Counted from the first letter of the stretch, positions 14,609-22,285 are shown. The stretch: DNA of 37,291 nt from Terriglobia bacterium (GCA_021323935.1 JAJPJZ010000240.1:1-37291); one strand, 5' to 3'. Program-made: numbers and translations. The notes: generated by a model not told the origin, from the sequence alone.

Positions 14609-15661
14609 TTATTGCGCCACGGGCACGCGCTCGAGCACCCTCGCCCAGCGCCGCGCTTCGCGCTTGGCGGCGGCGCGCTTGTGGAAAGCGTAGCCGGCAA
14701 TCAGCGGGACGGCCAGCGTGGCCTCGCTGTAGACCATCTGTTCAAACGTCGTATCGACTTTGCCCCACGAGCTGGCTTCCTTCAACGTGCTGGATGACAG
14801 CGCGCCGTCGCGCACATCGGCCACCGTGACCTGCACTGCGTATTTGTGCATGGGAGCGTCGTGGCCCAGCACTTCGGCGCACACCACGATGTCCTGGGTA
14901 AAATTCTTGGGAACGCCGCCGCCGATCATGAAGATGCCGGTCGTCGGATTGTGCATCTTGAGCTGGGTGAGCTCGTAAAAATCCTTCACTGAATCGATCG
15001 AGACCTTCGGCTTCTCGCCGCGCTCGTGCTGGTGCGCCACCAGGCCAAAACCGGCGGAGCAATCGCTGAAGGCCGGGCAGAAGATCGGCACATCGTTCTT
15101 GTAAGCCTGGTAAACGATGCTGTCGTCGGTCTTGCGATTCTCCTCGAGCCACGCACCCATTTCGCGGATGAACTCGCGCGAGCTGTAAGGCCGCGGCTCG
15201 AGCTGGTCGGCAATCAACTTGCAGGTTTCGTCGCAGATGCGGAGCTGCTCTTCGTCGATAAACGTGTCGTAGATGCGGTCGATCATCAGCTCGCGCAGCA
15301 CGCCGTCGAGAGTGCCTGACTTGTATTCATCGGGCGCCACGTAATGGCGGAAGCCGAGCGCCTCGAAAAAATCCTGGTCCACAATGTTGGCGCCGGTCGA
15401 AACGATGGCATCGACCATGTGGTTGCGCACCATATCGACGAACACCTGCTTCAGCCCCGCGCTGATCAGCGAGCCTGCCAGGCAAAGGATCACCCCGCAA
15501 TCGCGGTCTTCGAGCATGCGCGCGTAAATCTCGGCAGCGCGGTGCAAGTCACGCGCGCTGAACGCCAGGTGCTTCATGGCATCCACCAGGCCAAGCACGT
15601 CATGATCGGGCATGCGGATGTGTTGAATGGGCGTGGTCAACAGCTCTTGCTTTGTGGGCAT
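14609..15661 (-). CDS. deoxyhypusine synthase-like protein (DHS family)
   Basis: ILCLAGSLISAGL..VDAIVSTGANIVDQDFFEALG.., and the DHS active-site lysine motif EASSWGK near the C-terminus. The likely start is ATG 15661 (MPTKQELL); the ORF extends to 15724. Confidence 0.85.
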   Translation of the reverse strand: MPTKQELLTTPIQHIRMPDHDVLGLVDAMKHLAFSARDLHRAAEIYARMLEDRDCGVILCLAGSLISAGLKQVFVDMVRNHMVDAIVSTGANIVDQDFFEALGFRHYVAPDEYKSGTLDGVLRELMIDRIYDTFIDEEQLRICDETCKLIADQLEPRPYSSREFIREMGAWLEENRKTDDSIVYQAYKNDVPIFCPAFSDCSAGFGLVAHQHERGEKPKVSIDSVKDFYELTQLKMHNPTTGIFMIGGGVPKNFTQDIVVCAEVLGHDAPMHKYAVQVTVADVRDGALSSSTLKEASSWGKVDTTFEQMVYSEATLAVPLIAGYAFHKRAAAKREARRWARVLERVPVAQ

Positions 15662-15732
15662 GACAGAAGGATAACAAGGCAAAAGGCAAAAAGAAAAAAG
15701 CGCAGAAAATCGCCGGGGCGGCAAATTTTTAG

Positions 15733-15750
15733 GTTTACTTTAGGGTAAAC
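15733..15750. promoter_or_regulatory. inverted repeat GTTTAC-N6-GTAAAC in a divergent promoter region (operator candidate)
   Basis: Perfect 6-bp arms at 15733-15738 and 15745-15750, between the DHS-like gene (-) and the 79-aa His/Cys protein gene (+). Confidence 0.25.
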
Positions 15751-15785
15751 TTGGGGAATCTGGCCCCGAAAGAGACTCGGTCGCT

Positions 15786-16025
15786 ATGGAACGCTCTCCC
15801 TTCCCTTCCGAAAGCCGTCCTGAATTCGAGTGTAACCACAACGCTGGAGATCCCGTCCTGGAAACCGGCATCTATGAGATCTGCCATGCGCAGGGCAGCA
15901 GGGGAACAGCCGTATTCCTGCAATTTGACTACTTTCCGCCGTGTACCTGCTGCGGTTCCAGGGTGCGCTACCGGCTGCTGCATGCAGCTCCGCACCTGCT
16001 CGAAGATCCTGATTTCAGGCCCTGA
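15786..16025 (+). CDS. small His/Cys-knuckle protein (79 aa), paralog of the N-terminus of the next gene
   Basis: GIYEICHAQ..AVFLQFDYFPPCTCCGSRVRYRLL aligns with GVYRITHDGHRPDHEAVVMGGVRFPQCRICGHAVRFELV of ORF 16134. The paralogy supports that both are real. Confidence 0.6.
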   Translation: MERSPFPSESRPEFECNHNAGDPVLETGIYEICHAQGSRGTAVFLQFDYFPPCTCCGSRVRYRLLHAAPHLLEDPDFRP

Positions 16026-16133
16026 GAGGCGCTTTGTGGTGTGCCGCTGTTCACAAATCGCATGGGCAGGAGCTTCCCGTGGCGAGGTGTCGCCATCTAA
16101 ACTCCTAACTGATCAACTACAGAGGAACTCCTA

Positions 16134-16709
16134 ATGGCCGAGCGGGCTGGCGAAAAGCGGTTTGCTCCCGGTGAGTTGTCGCCGCGATCGGGCGTGTATC
16201 GCATCACGCACGACGGCCACCGCCCCGACCACGAAGCCGTCGTCATGGGCGGAGTGCGCTTCCCGCAGTGCCGAATTTGCGGCCACGCGGTCCGATTCGA
16301 GCTGGTGCTTGCCACCAAAGGCTCGGCCGCGACGCAATCGCAGAACCCATCAATCCTGATTGCCGGCAGCGAGCCCGCCCGCAATTTCCGCACCATCCTC
16401 GCCGAACGAGGCTACTCGGTTTCCGTAGCGGCCGATGCCACCCAGGCACGCCGCCAGTTGCAGCAGACGCCTTGCGACGTGGTTATCACGCCGCTTGATC
16501 TTGGGCAATCGCGCTCCGGCCTGGAGCTGGCGCGGCTGGCCAAGCAGCTCGATCCCAAACCGCTCATTTTCATCTACACCAGCGATCCCACCACGGAAGC
16601 CATGCGCGAAATCCTGCGCACGCGTGTGGATTATTGCGCGCTTGAGCCGCTGAACGTGAACGAAGTCAGCACTGCGCTCGATACCCTGATGGCCCGCCGC
16701 TCTCTCTAG
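16134..16709 (+). CDS. atypical response-regulator receiver protein with N-terminal His/Cys-knuckle domain
   Basis: The N-terminal ~60 aa are the knuckle domain and the C-terminal ~120 aa are CheY-like (ILIAGSEPARN..CDVVITPLDLGQSRSGLELAR..LIFIYTSDP..YCALEPLN). The phospho-Asp position is present, but the acidic pair (GSE) and the conserved Lys (E) are replaced. Confidence 0.8.
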   Translation: MAERAGEKRFAPGELSPRSGVYRITHDGHRPDHEAVVMGGVRFPQCRICGHAVRFELVLATKGSAATQSQNPSILIAGSEPARNFRTILAERGYSVSVAADATQARRQLQQTPCDVVITPLDLGQSRSGLELARLAKQLDPKPLIFIYTSDPTTEAMREILRTRVDYCALEPLNVNEVSTALDTLMARRSL

Positions 16710-16761
16710 CTCGCGACACACGACCTCAGACTTTGCTGCTTGATGCTGCGATTATGCGTTG

Positions 16762-17187
16762 TTATTGGAGGAGGCCGTGCGCCGGCGTGAGTTCCTGGAA
16801 GATGGCATCGACTACTTCATTGGGCGCTTTGTTGGCCTCATACACCTGCGTCACACCGCTGTTGATCGCCATTTGCAGGGTTTCGACGGTGGTAGCGGGA
16901 GTAATGACGGCGACGTAGGCGCGCGGAAACACCATGCGAAACACGCCTCCCAGCGCCCAGCCATCGCCGCCTTCGTTGATTTGCGCGGAGATGATGGCCA
17001 TCTCAAAAAAATGCTGGGTCATGGCGGCCAGCGCGGTTCCCAGATCGCGGGCGATGATGGGCACCAGGCCCGCGGCGGAAAGTTGCGTCTGGTAGTTCAT
17101 GAGCGCGTGCATGTCGCGATGCACCACCAGCGCTTTGCGCTCCCGGCTGTATTTTTGCCGACCTGCCACCTGCTTGCGCGCGCTCAA
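16762..17187 (-). CDS. degenerate receiver-like (pseudo-receiver) protein
   Basis: CheY-like periodicity (ALVVHRDMH..GLVPIIARDLGTALAAM..EMAIISAQINEGGDGW..AYVAVITPATT..) without a canonical DD pair or phospho-Asp. TTG start overlaps the stop of 17184..17660 (TTGA). Confidence 0.6.
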   Translation of the reverse strand: MSARKQVAGRQKYSRERKALVVHRDMHALMNYQTQLSAAGLVPIIARDLGTALAAMTQHFFEMAIISAQINEGGDGWALGGVFRMVFPRAYVAVITPATTVETLQMAINSGVTQVYEANKAPNEVVDAIFQELTPAHGLLQ

Positions 17188-17660
17188 ATTTCCCTCCGCG
17201 GCAAAGCAGATTTCGAGGCCCGCATCATGCTGGCGGGGTCATCGCGGCGCCTCGCCAGCAGGCGGTCAACCGCAGAAAACAACTGATCGAGGTCCACCGG
17301 CTTGGTCGCCAGGTAATCCACATGCATATCGAGGGCGACGCGCGCATTGTTCACGTTGGCGTAGCCGGTGCAGACTACGACCACGGGCGCCGGCGTGGCG
17401 CGCTTGGCGGCGCGCGCAACTTCCAGGCCAATGTCTTCGGCCTCCATGTTGAGGTCGGTGATGACGGCGTCGTACTTGTGGCCGTTGCCAAGGGCACGCA
17501 GGGCCTCGGCGCAACTGCACGCCGTCTGCACCGTAAACCCGCGCTCCTCGAACATCATTTGCATCGTTCTTGTGATGCTCTCTTCGTCATCGACGATGAG
17601 CATGCGAGGAATGCGCTGCGGTTTTTTAGCAACTCGAGCCGGCATCGTAGAGAACCACAC
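17184..17660 (-). CDS. single-domain response regulator (CheY-like, canonical residues)
   Basis: MLIVDDEESITRT..YDAVITDLNMEAEDIGLEVAR..VVVVCTGYAN..VDYLATKPVD: DD, D, T and K are all present. No output domain. Confidence 0.88.
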   Translation of the reverse strand: MWFSTMPARVAKKPQRIPRMLIVDDEESITRTMQMMFEERGFTVQTACSCAEALRALGNGHKYDAVITDLNMEAEDIGLEVARAAKRATPAPVVVVCTGYANVNNARVALDMHVDYLATKPVDLDQLFSAVDRLLARRRDDPASMMRASKSALPRREI

Positions 17661-17807
17661 TGTAAGGTCGCAAACCTGCGGCGAGCTGGATTCGCCCTGG
17701 CCTGCCAGATACGACGCACCGCGCTACGAATTCTAGCAGGTTCGGGCACGGCGGGAGGCAAGGGGCCGTTCCGTGAACTCACCTTCGCGCCATAGGATTC
17801 GATGCCG

Positions 17808-17850
17808 AAAAGCGCCCGCTGCCCTGAGATCGCTAATGTGAACGGGCAGC
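17808..17850 (-). terminator. possible terminator of the 93-aa gene
   Basis: 7-bp stem GCTGCCC/GGGCAGC (17818-17824 / 17844-17850), 19-nt loop, followed on the minus strand by GGGCGCTTTTC. Weak. Confidence 0.3.
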
Positions 17851-17860
17851 AGCAAAGCAG

Positions 17861-18142
17861 TTACAGGTTCGTCCTCTGGTCGGTATGCCGGCGCAGATAC
17901 CAGCACGGCGGCTGCCCCGCGTGCGGAAACAGCGCGTTCACGCACGATTCAGGGCGCGGATCCTGGAACATGAATTCCACGCGCGCGTCCTTGCGCGGCA
18001 CCGCCAGGTAGGGATGCACCGTCACGCTTGCGGCAGGCGAGCCGCGCAGCGCGAACACCAGCGAATCGGCCGCGAAGGCCACCACGCCGCAGACGGCGCT
18101 GACCAGCAGCACGCGTAACCCAATCCTGGCAATGCGCGGCAC
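17861..18142 (-). CDS. small membrane-anchored hypothetical protein (93 aa)
   Basis: N-terminal TM (IGLRVLLVSAVCGVVAFAA), then a soluble part with two Cys (..ESCVNALFPHAGQPPCWYLRR..). No family recognised. Confidence 0.55.
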   Translation of the reverse strand: MPRIARIGLRVLLVSAVCGVVAFAADSLVFALRGSPAASVTVHPYLAVPRKDARVEFMFQDPRPESCVNALFPHAGQPPCWYLRRHTDQRTNL

Positions 18143-18240
18143 ACCACGATTCTACGGAATGCGCGGGAAGCCCCGGCGATAGCGTGAACTCGCACTTCGG
18201 CAAAATGCCGCCGACGGCGTGCGCCTCTGCAGATCAACCT

Positions 18241-18268
18241 TTGACTTCCCACGGCAGAGATGCATAAT
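18241..18268 (+). promoter_or_regulatory. sigma-70-type promoter candidate TTGACT-N16-CATAAT
   Basis: TTGACT 18241-18246 and CATAAT 18263-18268 (preceded by TG), about 30 nt upstream of the ATG at 18300, which has AGGGGA as its SD. Confidence 0.5.
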
Positions 18269-18299
18269 GGCCCATCAAAAATCACCTTCAGGGGACAAC

Positions 18300-18869
18300 A
18301 TGAAGCGCATCCTTCTCGCCGGGCTGCTTGCCGGGATCGCAATGTACGTGTGGTCGAGCGTGGCGCATGTCGCGCTGCCGCTCGGCGCGGTCGGCATCAG
18401 CCAGATACCCAACGAGGCCGCCGTGACCGGCGCAATGTCAGGAAACATCACGCAATCGGGGCTTTACTTCTTCCCGTTCATGGCGCCGGGCACCAGCATG
18501 GCAGAGCAAACCGAAAAAGTGAAAACCTCGCCTTCAGGGCTGCTCATCTATCGCCCGGCCGGCGCGCCCGCCATGACGCCGGGCATGTTGCTCATCGAAC
18601 TGCTGACGGAAATCGTGGTGTCGATCCTGGCGGTGTGGCTGCTGGCGCAAACCCGCATCTCTACGTATCGCGGCCGCGTCGTCTTCGTTGCGGCGGTGGG
18701 CCTCACCACATGCATCATGACCAACGTGCAGTATTGGAACTGGTACAGCTTCCCGCTCAGCTACACGGTGAACTACATGTTCATTGAGCTGGTCGGGTTC
18801 ATCTTCGCGGGCCTGATTGCCGCCAGGATGATTAGAACCGGCGAAGCCGCCGGCGCGGCTGCAGCGTGA
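18300..18869 (+). CDS. integral membrane hypothetical protein (about 4 TM)
   Basis: ORF 18219..18869. ATG 18300 has an SD and yields MKRILLAGLLAGIAMYVWSSVAHV. Further hydrophobic helices (MLLIELLTEIVVSILAVWLLA, VVFVAAVGLTTCIM, FIELVGFIFAGLIAA). Confidence 0.7.
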   Translation: MKRILLAGLLAGIAMYVWSSVAHVALPLGAVGISQIPNEAAVTGAMSGNITQSGLYFFPFMAPGTSMAEQTEKVKTSPSGLLIYRPAGAPAMTPGMLLIELLTEIVVSILAVWLLAQTRISTYRGRVVFVAAVGLTTCIMTNVQYWNWYSFPLSYTVNYMFIELVGFIFAGLIAARMIRTGEAAGAAAA

Positions 18870-18878
18870 GTTGAGCCC

Positions 18879-20294
18879 TCACCGGCGAAATCTTTGCTTC
18901 AGCGCGATGCGCGCGGCAATGTGGCCGCACATGCCGTGAACTCCGCCGCCGGGCGGCGTGGACGCCGAGCACAGATACACGCCGTCGAGCGGCGTGCCCC
19001 AATATCGCAGCGTGGGACGAATCAGCATCTGGTAAAGGTCCTGCAGGCCGCCCATGATGTCGCCGCCAACCAGGTTGGCGTTCAGCGATTGCAGCCGGCG
19101 CGGCGGTAGCACCGAGCGCCCCAGGATGGTGTCACGAAACCCTGGCGCAAAGCGCTCAATCTGCGCCTCCACGGCCTTGGTCATATCGAGTTCAGAGCCA
19201 TTGGGCACGTGGCAGTAGCCCCACAGCGTGTGCCGGCCCGCGGGCGCGCGGCTTGAATCAAACAGCGAGTGTTGCGCCAGGATTGCGAAAGGCTCGGCTC
19301 CGGGTTTGCCGTCCCAGGCTGACTGCTCGTAGGCAGAAATTTGTTGCAGTGTTCCGCCAATATGAACGGTGGCAGCGCGGCGCAGCGCCGGCGAACTCCA
19401 CGGCACCGGCTCGGAAAGCGCCCAATCGAGCTTGAATGCGCCCATGCCATAACGGTAATGGCGCAGGAATTTTGCGTAGCGCGGCGGGAGCTGCGAGCCG
19501 GCAATCTCTAAAAACTGGCGCGGTGTGAGGTCGAGCAACACGGCGCGGGCCGGCGAAAGCTGCTGGAGATCGCTCACGCGAACTCCGGTCGTGATCGTTC
19601 CTCCGAGCGACGTGAGATAGCCGGCTAGAGCGTCAGTCAGCTTTTGCGCTCCGCCGCGGGGATACGGCCAGCCGCCCACGTGGCCGAACGTGGCCAGCGC
19701 GATTGCAATTCCTGCGGTGGTGAACTTGGTGAGCGGCAGCGTGGAATGTGCCGCCATGCCGGCAATCAGTGCCTGGGCGCGCGGGTGGTGAAAGTTCCGC
19801 CGCACAAAGCCTGCAGCCGACCCTGCCGAGGCCAGTCCCAGGACCGCCGCGGTGCCGGCATGGTGCAGGGCGCTGCCCAGCCGCGGCGATTGCAGGAAGC
19901 CGCTCCAGGCGCGGGCCGCGCTGGTGAAGATGCGCGAGTAGCGCGCGCCGTCAGCTGCGAGCTGCGCCGCGGTATCGTCGGGTGAAAGCTCCAGCGTTAC
20001 GGAGCTGCCGCCATCGAGCGGATGCGCCAGCGGCGCCGGCGAATGCACCCATTCCAGCCCATGCTGCCCGAGCGGCAGGGTGCGAAAAAAGGGCGAGTCG
20101 TAAGCCAGGGGATGGATGCCCGAGCCGAGGTCGTGCACAAAGCCGGGCAGCGTGAGCTCGGCCGAGCGCACAGCGCCGCCGATGGTCTGCTCGGCCTCAA
20201 GCACCTGCACCGCCACGCCGGCCTGCGCCAGCGTAATGGCGGCGGCGAGCCCATTCGGCCCTGAGCCTACGACGATCGCGTCAGGTGCAGCCAC
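18879..20294 (-). CDS. NAD(P)/FAD-dependent oxidoreductase, phytoene-desaturase (CrtI)-like family
   Basis: N-terminal dinucleotide fold DAIVVGSGPNGLAAAITLAQAGVAVQVLEAEQTIGG. The 471-aa length and C-terminal pattern (..GGGVHGMCG..) are typical of CrtI-related oxidoreductases. Confidence 0.8.
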   Translation of the reverse strand: MAAPDAIVVGSGPNGLAAAITLAQAGVAVQVLEAEQTIGGAVRSAELTLPGFVHDLGSGIHPLAYDSPFFRTLPLGQHGLEWVHSPAPLAHPLDGGSSVTLELSPDDTAAQLAADGARYSRIFTSAARAWSGFLQSPRLGSALHHAGTAAVLGLASAGSAAGFVRRNFHHPRAQALIAGMAAHSTLPLTKFTTAGIAIALATFGHVGGWPYPRGGAQKLTDALAGYLTSLGGTITTGVRVSDLQQLSPARAVLLDLTPRQFLEIAGSQLPPRYAKFLRHYRYGMGAFKLDWALSEPVPWSSPALRRAATVHIGGTLQQISAYEQSAWDGKPGAEPFAILAQHSLFDSSRAPAGRHTLWGYCHVPNGSELDMTKAVEAQIERFAPGFRDTILGRSVLPPRRLQSLNANLVGGDIMGGLQDLYQMLIRPTLRYWGTPLDGVYLCSASTPPGGGVHGMCGHIAARIALKQRFRR

Positions 20295-20370
20295 TGCGTT
20301 TGCATTCTATTGCAGAGCAGCCGCGAATCCGCGGAAGCGCGGGAATTTGAATGAAGACGTGAGCAGAAAG

Positions 20371-20447
20371 TGGTAGGCCCGAATGGACTCGAACCATCGA
20401 CCTCATCCGTGTCAAGGATGCGCTCTAACCAACTGAGCTACGGGCCT
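20371..20447 (-). tRNA. tRNA-Val (anticodon GAC), CCA encoded
   Basis: The reverse complement folds as acceptor AGGCCCG/CGGGCCT, D arm GCTC..GAGC, anticodon stem CATCC/GGATG with loop TTGACAC, T arm GATGG-TTCGAGT-CCATT, then A plus CCA. Confidence 0.95.
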
Positions 20448-20475
20448 GCTGCGAGCGGAGCTACGCACTTAGTGT

Positions 20476-20512
20476 AACAAAAAGAAGGGCGCGGCCCAGT
20501 GGCTGCGCCCTT
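20476..20512 (-). terminator. rho-independent terminator of the D/R/H-rich protein gene
   Basis: Perfect 8-bp stem AAGGGCGC/GCGCCCTT (20485-20492 / 20505-20512), followed on the minus strand by CTTTTTGTT. Confidence 0.7.
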
Positions 20513-20530
20513 CAACAATCGCGGTCGCGC

Positions 20531-20869
20531 TTAACGATGATCGTGGTCACGGTCATGATCGCGGTCGCGGTCATTATCGCGATGCTGCTCGCGCCAGCGC
20601 CAGTAATCACGCTGCTGCCGCGCGTTTAGCCGGTTGAACTCGCGATACTGCATGTGGCGCTCGGCCGCCCATTGGCGGTAGGCGTGGTCTTCGTTGTCGT
20701 CCCAGTTGCGGTACTGGCGATGTTCACGGTCGTAAACCCGCGTCTGCTGGTGGTCGCGGTCCCGGTCGCGGTCGCGATCGTGATCGCGGTCCTGAGCGGC
20801 GACGCCGAGCGGCGCGGCCATGGCGAACATCAACATGGCCGAAGCAAGAAACTTCATTGGCGATTTCAT
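20531..20869 (-). CDS. secreted low-complexity Asp/Arg/His-rich small protein
   Basis: ATG 20869 gives signal peptide MKSPMKFLASAMLMFAMAAPLGVAAQ. The mature part has DRDHDRDRDRDRDH and DNDRDRDHDRDHDHR tracts flanking a W/Y/R/Q-rich core. Confidence 0.7.
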   Translation of the reverse strand: MKSPMKFLASAMLMFAMAAPLGVAAQDRDHDRDRDRDRDHQQTRVYDREHRQYRNWDDNEDHAYRQWAAERHMQYREFNRLNARQQRDYWRWREQHRDNDRDRDHDRDHDHR

Positions 20870-20978
20870 GTAGAGATCGTCCTCTCTGAGCAAATCTGCT
20901 CAACCTCATTCTCGAAGTGACATCTATGGGAGCGCTGTTTGCGAAGTGCAAGTTGCCTGTGAATCCGAGTTCCAGCGG

Positions 20979-21004
20979 CAAAAGTGCGGGCAGCAGCAGC
21001 CCAC
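20979..21004 (-). terminator. possible terminator of gcdH
   Basis: 6-bp stem (GUGGGC/GCCCGC, one G-U), 7-nt loop, then ACTTTTG on the minus strand, 18 nt after the gcdH stop. Confidence 0.4.
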
Positions 21005-21021
21005 CTCGAAAGGCTGGCGCA

Positions 21022-22203
21022 TCAAAATGCGTCAATTCCCGTGATGTTGGCGCCAATGATCAGCGCGTGCACGTCGTGAGTGCCTTCGTAGGTCTTCACC
21101 GATTCCAAGTTCATCATGTGGCGCATGATGGGGTAATCGTCGGCGATGCCGTTGGCACCCAGGATGTCGCGTGCCATGCGGGCGCATTCCAGCGCCATCC
21201 ACACGTTGTTGCGCTTGGCCATCGAGATGTGCTGATGCGCCACGCGGCCCTGGTCTTTGAGCCTGCCCACCTGCAGCACCAGCAGTTGGGCCTTGGTAAT
21301 TTCGCTGACCATCCACACCAGCTTTTCCTGGATGAGCTGATGTGACGCTATAGGCTGGTCGCGGAACTGCTTGCGCAGCAGCGAATACTGCAGCGCGGTG
21401 TCGTAGCAGCTCATGGCTGCGCCGACGGCGCCCCAGGCAATGCCGTAGCGCGCCTGGTTCAGGCACATGAGCGCATTCTTCAGGCCTTCGGTTTTCGGCA
21501 GCAGGTTGCAGGCAGGCACGCGAACATCCTGCAGCGCCAGGCCGGAAGTCACCGAGGCGCGCAGCGACCACTTGCCGTGCACGTCATCGGCGCGGAAGCC
21601 GGGACGATCGGTTTCAACCAGGAAGCCACGCACGCGGCCGCCTTCATCTTCCACCTTGGCCCAGACTACGGCGACATCGGCAATGGACCCTGAAGTGATC
21701 CACATCTTTTCGCCATTCAGCACGTAGCTGTCGCCATCTTTTTTGGCGCGGGTCAGCATACCGCCGGGATTGGAGCCGAATTGCGGCTCAGTCAACCCGA
21801 AGCAGCCGAGCTTGGTGCCCTGCTGCATCGGCGGCAGCCATTTTTGCTTTTGTTCTTCGGAGCCAAACGCCCAGATGGGATACATGACCAGCGCCGATTG
21901 CACGCTCACGAAGCTGCGCACGCCCGAATCGCCGCGCTCCAGCTCCTGCATCACCAGGCCGTACTCAACATTCGACATTTCGGCGCAGCCATAGCCCTTC
22001 AGGTTGGCGCCAAAAAAACCAAGCTCGCCCATGGGCTTCACCAGCTCGCGCGGGAAGCGGCCTTCGCGGTTGCACTGCTCGATGATGGGAATCAGGTTTT
22101 CTTCAATGAAGCGGCGCGCATTGTCGCGCACCAGGCGCTCATCGTCTGAAAGCAGCGAATCGAACTCGATGAAATCGACGCCGCGGAATTTGATGGCTGG
22201 CAT
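21022..22203 (-). CDS. gcdH: glutaryl-CoA dehydrogenase (acyl-CoA dehydrogenase family)
   Basis: ..GCFGLTEPQFGSNPGGMLTRAKKDGDSYVLNGEKMWITSG.. and the C-terminal TYEGTHDVHALIIG, typical of GCDH. The likely start is ATG 22203 (MPAIKFRG); the ORF extends to 22251. Confidence 0.85.
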   Translation of the reverse strand: MPAIKFRGVDFIEFDSLLSDDERLVRDNARRFIEENLIPIIEQCNREGRFPRELVKPMGELGFFGANLKGYGCAEMSNVEYGLVMQELERGDSGVRSFVSVQSALVMYPIWAFGSEEQKQKWLPPMQQGTKLGCFGLTEPQFGSNPGGMLTRAKKDGDSYVLNGEKMWITSGSIADVAVVWAKVEDEGGRVRGFLVETDRPGFRADDVHGKWSLRASVTSGLALQDVRVPACNLLPKTEGLKNALMCLNQARYGIAWGAVGAAMSCYDTALQYSLLRKQFRDQPIASHQLIQEKLVWMVSEITKAQLLVLQVGRLKDQGRVAHQHISMAKRNNVWMALECARMARDILGANGIADDYPIMRHMMNLESVKTYEGTHDVHALIIGANITGIDAF

Positions 22204-22285
22204 AAGTCTCGAGAAAGTCTGACGGTAGCAGAGCGGCGGAAGGCTGGTCAAACCACGCGGACCGAGACGAAATCAGCAGCGGCGC

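Noticed and set aside
13247-14797. 516-aa plus-strand ORF, the longest non-annotated ORF in the window
   Set aside because: It lies antisense to the clearly homologous MacB/FtsX permease and runs into the DHS-like gene. Its product is Arg/Ala/His-rich with no motifs, a typical high-GC shadow ORF. The same reasoning applies to 4050..4823(-), 5169..5873(-), 7439..8350(-), 23475..24227(+), 28293..29333(-), 28609..29580(-), 30272..30862(+) and 34015..34914(+).
3520-20447. Genomic island bounded by the two tRNA-Val genes
   Set aside because: There is no integrase, recombinase or transposase, and no direct repeat of a tRNA 3' end was found. The interval contains core genes (alr). The two tRNAs are different isoacceptors (CAC and GAC) on opposite strands.
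20531-20800. Short periodic DNA repeats (CGCGGTC/GATCGCG-type) that might look like a repeat array
   Set aside because: They are the in-frame coding consequence of (Asp-Arg/His)n tracts inside a signal-peptide-bearing ORF. There is no repeat-spacer organisation, so this is not CRISPR.
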